Notes under the pieces: generated by a model | What the model saw: the letters and a program-made list of their open reading frames with translations, nothing else | The model's database searches: none | Told to the model about the DNA's origin: nothing | Shown here: in pieces, positions 19,346-28,700 of the stretch | Layout: each line of letters begins with the position of its first letter | Numbering within the stretch: position 1 is the first letter of the stretch | Position numbers and translations under genes: made by a program | From: Chthoniobacteraceae bacterium | GTDB taxonomy: Bacteria > Verrucomicrobiota > Verrucomicrobiia > Chthoniobacterales > Chthoniobacteraceae | NCBI GenBank assembly: GCA_031409655.1 | Contig: JANNXQ010000286.1 | Span: 1-60,919, forward strand | Reading direction: 5' to 3' | DNA length: 60,919 nucleotides

Positions 19346-19735
19346 TCACGGGCTGGTGAGCTGCACTTCTCCGAGGGAGAGGATGCCGTCGTCTCCCGCC
19401 GCGGGGGTGGACGGCCCGCGGGACACGCGGATGACGCGGCCAGTGACTCCGCCGGGGCTGACGCTGAGCGTGGGGGGGCTGTTGAGCACGTTGTTGGGAT
19501 TGAGCACTGCGGAGGTGAAGACGGGCACGGTGCCGGCCGCATCGCTGAAGACCCGCACGGTGATGTTGCGCAGGCGTTCCCCGCAGCAGCCGAGGCGATT
19601 GGAGAGGACGATGGAGCCGATCAGCGTTGGGCCTGGCAGCGTGAGCGTCCACGTCGGAGCGGGGTCGGCCGGGTCGGTGTGGGTGAAGTTGTTCAGATTG
19701 CCGTCGATGGCATTGAAGGCTGGGAAGTCGCCGAC
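19346..19735 (-). pseudogene. 5'-truncated F-type lectin/F5-8 type C-like domain (orphan)
   Basis: FPAFNAIDGNLNNFTHT...W...SNRLGCCGERLRN...LSLGEVQLTSP*; in-frame TGA upstream and no start codon before the domain. Confidence 0.75.
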
Positions 19736-19783
19736 CGCAGCGAGTCCGCCTCAGGCGAACCGCCACACTCGCTCTCCGCCGCC

Positions 19784-22700
19784 CTACGGGTTCGGGTCGG
19801 TCACCGTCAGCCGCATGAAGAGCTTCGGCACGGTGCCGATGGCGATGCTGGAGGTGTGCGTGCTGCCGGAGCCGGTGTCGGGGATCGGGGTCCAGCTTCC
19901 GGCTTGCAGCGTGGTGCTCCACTCGGCGCCGTAGGTGATGCCGCTCACGCCGGCGGGCTGGGTGAAGGTGGCCACGAAGTTCCCGCCGACCTTCTGCGGG
20001 CGCGGGAGCTGGGTGCCGTTGCTGAGCGTAGGGTTCAGGCCAAAGGCATACTTGAGCAGATTCACGGCGCCGTCCTTTTTGTAGTCGTTGAGGTTGGCGC
20101 CGTTGCCGCTGTTGGCGATGCTGCCGAAGTAGAGCTGCCGCCAGTTTTCCAGGGCCGTCCGGGCGCTGATCACCACGTCGTTCCCCGTGCCGCCCATGTA
20201 GGTGATCTTCATCGGCACGCCGTTGAAGGTGAAGGTCGATCCTTCGAGGTAGCTCAAGCTGTCGAAGCGGCCCGTGATCGGGTCGGTGCCGTCGTTGTTC
20301 ACGAGGGTGAAGCTGTCGCCCGGCTGCGGCACGTACGCGCCGCTCAGGATGAGGTCCACGCCGGCGAGGTTCACCCGGCCAGCCACGTTGAGTTGGTTGT
20401 ATCCCGTATCCACGGTCGTGCCGTTGATGGCGAGTGCGAGGTTTGTGTTGGCGGGCATGATCAGGGCGCCCGTGTTGAAATTCACGTCCGTCGTAACGTC
20501 AGTGCCACTGGTGATTGGCTGGATGCTGCTGAAGGCCGCGCCGAGCAGGAGAGGGGCACCGCCGGTGTTCAGCGTGCCGGGGTTAAAGACGATGTTACCG
20601 CCGCTATACAGCGCCACATCGGTGCTGGACGGGCGCGTGATGGCGGCGCTGACGGTGAGCGCGCCGCTGCTGTTGGGGTCGCCGATGTTCACCGACCCGG
20701 CGGTGACGCGGTCGAGTTCGGCATCCGAGAGTTCGAGCGTGCTCGCGGTGGTATCCACGGTGGAGCCGAGATTGATCAATTGTCCATTGGTCTTCTGCCG
20801 CAGCGTGACGGTGGTGCCGTTGATCGTTCCACCGGCGAGGTTCATCCCATCCGCGATCAGCAAGATGTAGCCGTTGGTCGAAGTGGTCGTCCCGCCGCTA
20901 TAACGAATTCCTCCCCCAGCCACGCCGGAAGTCCCGGTGATGATGAGATCGCCACCTGCAGTGATGTTGCTGAGCACCGCTACGCCGTCGGCGCCATTGG
21001 TCGAGGTGCCGTCGAGCGTGAGCGTGCCGGTGCCGCCGGAGGCGAAGCCGCCGCCTGCTTCGGGAGACACGCCAAGTTTCCAAGACCCTGTCCCGGTATT
21101 CGATCCCGTGATGAGCACATTGCCGCCGCTCGAAGTGATGACTCCGCTGAAAACCGCATAGACACCTGCAAAGGCTCCCGCGCCGCTCACCGTGCCGGTC
21201 ACGGTGACATTGCCCGCGCCGCCCGCCTTGAGCGTCGATCCTGCGTCGATCACCCGGACGCCCGTCGCGCCGGAGGTCGTGCCCGAAGCGATGCCGGTGA
21301 CGCTCACGTCCGCACCGCTGGAGGTGAGCAGGCCGCCGCCTGCGACCAGCACCCCAAAATTCTCGTTGCCTGAACCGGTGATGTTCGAAGTCCCCGTCAC
21401 CGTCATCGCCGGTGCGCCAGCGGTGCCGCCGCGCAGGATGCTGCCCGCGCCACTCACCGCCACGCCGTATCCCCCTGTGTCGCCGCTGCGACCGGTGACG
21501 GAAAGCGTGCCCGTCCCGGTGACTTCGACGAGCGCGGAATTGATATCCACGCCGACAAAGGAGCCCGTCGTCGTTCCTGCCGCATTGGCGGACAGGGTGA
21601 GGTTGCCATTTACGGTCACGACGCTAGCCCCGCTCACTAGTGCGATGTTGCGCGCCGTCGTCAGGGAAATCGCCCCGGTGCCGCTCGCGCCGAGGTCGGC
21701 GTTTGTGTTGGCGAGGTTGATCGTCCCATTGCCCGTGCCGGCCGCGCTGACCGTTAAGTTCTTGTTCACCGCCATCGTCACCGCTTGGTTAAAGGTCACC
21801 CCGCTGCCCGTGGTGAGCGAGAGGTTGTTCGGGTGCGTGATCGCCGCGCTCGCGGTGATCGCGCCGCTGTTCGCGTCGCCGATTTGCACCGTGCCGGCGG
21901 TGACCTGATCCAGTTCGGCATCGGTGAGGCCGAGCGTGGTGGCGGAATCGGCAGCGCCGAGGTTGATGAGCAGCCCGTTCGTGTTTTGCCGAAGCAGCAC
22001 AGTTCCGGCGGCATTCGCGCTGACCGTGGACTGCAAGCCCATCTTGTCGGCAATGAGAGTGATGTTCCCGCCGTTTATCGCCGTGGTGATCGCCGCACCC
22101 GCGTCGATTGTAATTCCCGGCCCGTTCGCGGCGCTGGTCGTTCCCGCGACACTGACCGCCCCGCCTCCCGAGGTGATCTGAGCAGAGGCCGTGGAGACAG
22201 ACACGCCTGCGCCCTGTAGGCCAGTGCCCACCACGGTCACCGTGCTGGAAACGCCGCCAGAGGTGATAACACCTCCATTGAAAGCTTGCACCCCGATCGC
22301 AAACGGGCTCGCGTTCGCGCCGCCTTGACCGATGACCTGCACATTCGCGCCGTTCGAGCGGATGGTGCTGCCGGGATCGCGGACGTCCACGCCATGCTGG
22401 AACGCTGTGGCCGCCGAGCCGCCCGTGCCAGAGACCGTCACGGTGCCAGCCGTGCCACCGACGATCCTGCCCCCGCCGCGCACATACACGCCAAACGCGC
22501 TGTCCCCCACGGTGCCGCCTTTTCCCGTCACCGACACGACGCCCGAGCCGGTGGCCTCCACCACGCCACCATTGATATCCACGCCGACAAAGGCGCCCGG
22601 CGTCGAACCCCCGGCGTTGGCCGAGAGGATCAGGTCGCCATTCACCGTCTCAAAGCTCGAGCCCGCGGCCATCGCCACATTCCTGCTCGCCTTCACCGCG

Positions 22701-25700
22701 ATCGAGCCGGTGCCGGAAGCCCTCAAGTGCGCATTCGCCGCCACGTTCACCGTGTCCACACCCGGCGTGGTGCTGTCATTCTGCAAGTCCACATCCAGGT
22801 TCGCATTCGCGGCGAAGGTGATGTCGCCGTTGAAGTTCACCGTGTCGTCTCCCGTGCCGCCGTTGATCGTGAGAGTGGGCAGCGTGCCGGTGAAGGCGCC
22901 GACGTTGATGATGTCCGCACTCTCTCCGGCGTTGACGATGATGCTCGTGATGCCGGCTCGGGAGAGGCTGCCGGAGCTGCCGAGGAGGTTGGTCCCGTCA
23001 TTCACCGAGAAGTTGCGCCCCGACACCGCGATTTGGATGTTGCCCGCCGATGGCTCGGAGATGGCCAGCGGGTCGCTGCCATCGGTGAGATTCGTCACGG
23101 TCATGATTCCGCCGGCTATTTTGACGAGGTAGTCTCGCGCGACCACCGAGTAGTTCAGGGTGATGCTGCCTCTTCCTCCGTTTTTGCCGTCCACGGCGAT
23201 CCGATAGGTAGCGCCGTTCACTGCGGCAAACGTGACCTTGCTTGTACTATCGACGTCGGTGTCATCGTTGCTGGCGATGAGCGTCAGGCTGCCCACTGCG
23301 GAGCCGGTATAGACTCCGAGCAGCGTGTCGAAGTCGCTGCCGAGCGTGTCGATGGTCGCCGTGCCGCTGAAAGGGGCCGTCCACCGATACCAAACGGAAT
23401 GAGTTCCACCCGTGGGAGGACCATAGACCAGGTCGGGTTCGCCCACTTCCCGGGTCGCCCCGGTATTGCCTCCCGTCGCCGTGCCGGAGGCGCCGGCCAG
23501 CGTTTGGGCGTTGGCGAAGTTGTCGTTCGGCGGCGTCGTGAGGCCGGTGAGCCCGACCCCGATGCTGCCGTTGGTCGCGTCGTTGCTGAGCACGCTCAGG
23601 TTGGTGAGGCGAGTGCCGAGGATCGCGGGATTGAAGGTCACGATGAAGGTGGTCTGGCTGCCAGCGGGGATGCTGTTGAGCATCTGGCTGGTGTTCACGA
23701 TGAAGGAGCCGCTTTGCCCTCCGGTCGTGGTCACGCTGGTGATGCTCAGCGGGCTGTTGCCCGTGTTGCGGATCGTGAAGGTCTTCGGCACGCCGGGCGT
23801 CCCGAGGATCTTGCTGCCGAAATCGACGCTGGTCGCTCCTGCGGGCGTGCCGGGGGGCAGGTCGAGGGCGATCTTCGGCAGGACCACGCCGGTGCCCACG
23901 CCGGTGAGCGTGATATTGACGGTGCCTGCCCCGGGATCGTTGCTGAGTACGCTCAGCGTCGCGGTCCGGTCTCCGAGCGCCTTCGGGGTGAAGGTCACGG
24001 TGAGCGTCGTCTGCCCGCCCACGGGGATGCTGATGGGCGTTGCGCCGATATTCACGGTAAAGTCCTCGGGGTTTCCCAGCCCAGTGATGCTCGCACCGTT
24101 GATCACGAGCGTGTCCGTGCCCGTGTTTTTGATCGTGAAGATTTTCGGCGCTTGGGAGGTGCCGACGTCGTGACTGAAAAAGTGGGTCGAAGAGGGTTCG
24201 GCCAGGGCCAACGTGTGTACCCCGCCCGCCGAAATCTTCGCCGCAAGCCCATTCAACACCGCAGGCAGCGTCTTTTGGCCATAGGTGTTGGAGCCCCAGA
24301 TCACCACGGTGCCGTCAACTCGGCGCGCTACCGTGTGGGACGCGCCCGCGCTCACACGTTCCACCCCGCTCAGCCCTGGGGGCGGCGTCCTCTGGCCCGC
24401 AGCATCGGAGCCCCAAGCCACCACGGTTCCGTTCTTGATCGCCGCGGTGTGGTAATCGCCAGCGGCAATCCAGTACACCTCGCTCAAAACCTGGCCTCCG
24501 AGTGTGACCGGATTTGCGATTGCGGAAGTGGGAGAAATGGTCGTCGGAGTGCCGGTCACCTGGCCGTCCCCGTTCCGGCCCCAAGCCACCACTGTCCCGT
24601 CGCTCTTGCGCGCCACCGTGTGATACGCGCCCGCGGCAATCTGGACCACCCCGCTCAGCCCGGGGGGAACATCCCTCTGGCCGTAAAAGTTATAACCCCA
24701 GGCCACGACCATCCCGTCGCTCTTGAGCGCCACCGTGTGATACCCGCCCGTGGCCACCTCGTCCACCCCGCTCAGGGCCTCCGGGGGCACTGTGGACTGG
24801 CCGTAGTTCACACCTCCAGTCTCGCCTGGAGCTCCGGCACCCCACGCCCAGACCCTCCCATCGGCATCGAGTGCGGCGCTGTGTTGCCCGCCGGCGAAGA
24901 TGCCGGTCACCCTGGTGAGCCCCACCGGCGGCGACGCCTGCCCGCTGCCGTTCGCGCCCCAGGCCACGACCGTGCCGCCATTCTGCAGCGCCAGCGAGTG
25001 AAAGCCGCCCGCGGCGACCGAGACCACTCCAGCCTGTGCCCCCGGGGGCACCGTGGACTGGCCGAAGTGCAGAGACCCAGTCTGGCCCGGACTTCCGGCA
25101 CCCCAGGCGACGACTTTGCCCAGTGGGGAGCCGACGGAATCCTCGATGGTGATCGCCGGCGCTGTGGTCCCGGTGCCCGTGCCGGTGAGCGGGATATCGA
25201 CGGTGTCGGTGTAGGTTTGAGCGGTGTCCCGATAGACCACTCGCAGCTTCGTGGTGCGCAGCCCGGGAGCAGGCGGATTGAAGGTCACGGTGATGGTCGT
25301 CGAGCCACCCGCGGGCACGCTCGCGAGCATCCCGGTGGTGCTCACCACAAAGTCAGCGTTATTCCCAGTCGTGGTGGTCACGGAAACGGGGACGAGCGGA
25401 GCGGTGCCCGTGTTCCGGAGCGTGAAGGTCTTCGGCAGGCTCGTGGTGGCGAGGGGCTGGTTGCCGAAGGCGATGGTGCGCGCAGTCGGGACCAGCGCGA
25501 GCGTGTGAGAACCGGCCGCGCCGATCGCGGTCACCCCGGTCAACCCTGAGGGATTCGTCTGGCCGTAGCTGTTGTCGCCCCAGGCCACTACCGTCCCGAC
25601 ATCTGTGAGCGCGACCGTGTGATAGGTGCCAGCGGCAATCGCGATCACCCCCGTCGCCGTTTGGGAGTAAACATCGAGGCCCCATTCCTTCACCGTCTTG

Positions 25701-28700
25701 TCGTTCTTGAGTGCCACGGTACGATACCCCCCAGCGGCAATCGCGACCACCCCGCTCAGCGCCTCCGCAGGCACCGTCGTTTGCCCTTCTTCGTTGTTGC
25801 CCCAGGCTACGACCTTCCCGTTGCTCTTGAGCGCCACGGTGTGATAATAGCCCGCGGCAATCGCGATCACGTTGCTCAGCCCGGCAGGCACGGTCGTTTG
25901 GCCGTAGGAGTTTCCGCCCCACGCCAGCACGGTGCCGTCATCCTTAAGTGCGACGCTGTGTTCGGCCCCTGCGGCGATGGCGACCACCCCGTAAGTCGCA
26001 TCAGACGGCACGCCCAGTTGGTACGAGCTGTTGGAGCCCCAAGCCACCACCCGTCCGGTATTCTTGAGCGCCAGGGTGTGATACGCACCCGCGGCGATCG
26101 CGGTCACGCCGCTCAACGCCGCAGGCGGCACGCCCTTCTGTCCCTGGGAGCCGTCGCCCCACACCACCACCCTGCCGCTGCTCGTGAGCGCCGCCGAGTG
26201 CTGGCCACCTGCGGCCACCGCGATCACCCCGTCCAGACCGAGGGGCGGCGGCGTCAGGCCGTAGTTATTGTAGCCCCAGCCCACGACCGTGCCAGCGCGC
26301 ACCGGCGTGCCGACTGGCTGCTCAATGGTGAGTGCCGGCTTCGTCGGCGTGAAGACCACTTCATCCACCCACCCGGCATCCGCCCCTGTGGAGACGGAGC
26401 CGTTCTTCGAGTAGGTCCATTCCAGGGTACGGTTGCCCGCCGGGATGGCGATGGTCTTTTGCTGCCAGTTCACTTCCCCGGAAATCTCGGGCGCAGCGGC
26501 CACCTGCGCGAAGTCCAGACGGAAGCGCAGGAAGTCAGAGGATGTCTCCGAGGAAACCTTCCACCAGAAAGTGAGCGTGCCCGGCCCGGTCACCTTGGTG
26601 GTCAAGGTCGTTTCCTGGCTGTCGCCGATGTCCCCGCTCTGGAGCGCGTCCGGGCTGCTGCCACCGCTGTAGGCGTTGGTGGTCTGCCCAAACCAGCTTC
26701 CGATGTCGCCCGTCGTCAAAGTAGGAAAGGCGAGCCCGCTCGTCGTCACCGTGTTGCCGTTCTGGACGATGAAAGTCGGCGAACCGTCGCGGGTTTTGGT
26801 GGTGATTCCGTTGGGCAGCGCACTGGCATTGATCGTCGCATCGTAGGGTGAGACGACCAGCGGGCCGCTGGTGAGATTGATGGTGCGGCCGCTCAACTCG
26901 GGGGCAAAGGTGATGGTTCCCCCATATCCGATGGCCTGGCGCAGCGAGCCGGGGCCACTGTCCCAGAGGGTGGTGACCACGGAACTTACCGGATGCGGCG
27001 TCTGGTTGGCGGCGGCGTTCCGGGTGTCGGAGACTTGCAACAGGATTGGGTCGTTGGAGGAGGTGCCCCCATCCGGTCCTGCGGCAGTTGCCATCGAATA
27101 GGCGACCGGCACTCCCTTGGTCGTCACATACAGGGACTCCGAATCCCAGTCCCGGTCGAAGAAGGGCAGGCCCATTTCGTAATCGGCCTTGCTGATACCG
27201 GCCCCGCCGCGGAAGGTGAAACCATCGTTTTCACCCCCGCCAGCGCTGTTATTTTCCACCTCGAAAATGAGGTTTCTCTCGACCCCGCGGGCGGGCGTTG
27301 GAGATTTGAAGCTACCCCATTCGTAGCTGTTGAAGTCATCTCCGTGCTGACCTGAGGCTTCGATTTGCGGATTCAACGTCCCGTCTCCGACGACCCGCGT
27401 CCAATCTTTAATGTTGGGCGAAATGGCGGATGTTTTCCAAGTCGTATAAATGTACTTACTGCTTTTGTAGCGGCCTACGACGAGCGTCCATTCATCCTTT
27501 GCGGGCGACCCATCGATGGGGACCACCCGCACCAAGGATGAGACGTCCATCTCCCGCCGATCTCCACCAGAGCCGTTCCCATTGCATCCGTTATCGAAAT
27601 CTCGCTCGGGGAGCCCGAGTTCCGTCGCAGTCATCTTACCCCAGTATTTGGGGTTTGCGGGATCCCTGACGTCGTAAAACAGCACCGCATCTTCGTCCGT
27701 CCCCAATAGGTATGGATTGCTTGTGTTGCCGGTGCAGTGGGCAACAAAGCACCCACCTTCGCTCCAGTTTTGCACATTGACGAGGAGCACGCCACCGTTG
27801 AGCGACAACTGGCCCGGGTGGTTCCAGTTGCCGATCGGGTTGTAGTTGCCCCCGTATTTGCCACTAAAATACTCCTGCCAGATAATCTTGCCAATTGCCG
27901 TGCCGTCGGTGCTCGGCCGAATGAGGTCGGTGACGGGATCTAAAACGGGTTCTGAAACGCCTGGAACGCCCGGATTGGTCTCCATCAGGTAGATGTATCC
28001 GGCGTGGCCGCGGGACTGCGATACCATGAAATAGGCGCGGCCATTTTTGTTCGGCAGCCTTTTCACGTGCTGGGCATGAAACAACTCGTGCCCCTCACAG
28101 GTTTGGAACCAAGCGCCGGTCCAACCCTGTGCTGCAAACTTCAATGTGTCGATTTTGCTCGTCGGGTTTGCACCGGCGACCAGGCCCCACTGTCCGGAAT
28201 CGTACGCAATGAAATTGCGCGGCTTGGTCAGCCGCGCATCCACGGGTCCGGAAAGTCGCGCCTCCAGGGGCTTCAGGGTCCAGATGTAGCTCCCGTCCGG
28301 CTGCTGGAGACTCAGCTCCCCGGCGAAGGTGTTGGCGTGATACGTCGCGTAAATATAAGCGACTGGGTTGTCTCCTACGAGGTCGGCAGAATAGAAGAGG
28401 AACTGCTGAGCCTCCGTCGAAGTGCTGGGGGTGATCGAGAAGGCCCCGTACACTGAAATCCCGCCACCGGTTGTGGTATCACAGTCTCTTCCTGTGCTCG
28501 CATCGATCGTCACATGGGTTTGGGCGCCAGGAGCGATAAAATTCAGCGCGGTCGGATCATGTGTGATAAGACCAACACATTCCCCGAGGTTGAACGTAAA
28601 AAGGACCGGCTGGGCGGTGCCGTTTTTCACGTATAACTTAATGGCGGGCGTCACGGCTACGGCATGGCCGAGGCCGAGGGACATCGCGAGCAGGAGCGCG

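Noticed and set aside
13900..19777. CRISPR array or classical integron
   Set aside because: Repeat spacing is 0.6-1.5 kb and irregular, there are no cas genes or intI, and the hairpins lack attC consensus ends.
13973..20160. Diversity-generating retroelement (C-terminal repeats as TR/VR)
   Set aside because: Differences between copies are not adenine-specific, and there is no reverse transcriptase or avd gene in the window.
19679..26851. Long + strand ORFs (564, 1087, 410 aa) opposite the giant gene
   Set aside because: Antisense shadow frames typical of high-GC coding DNA; no motifs.
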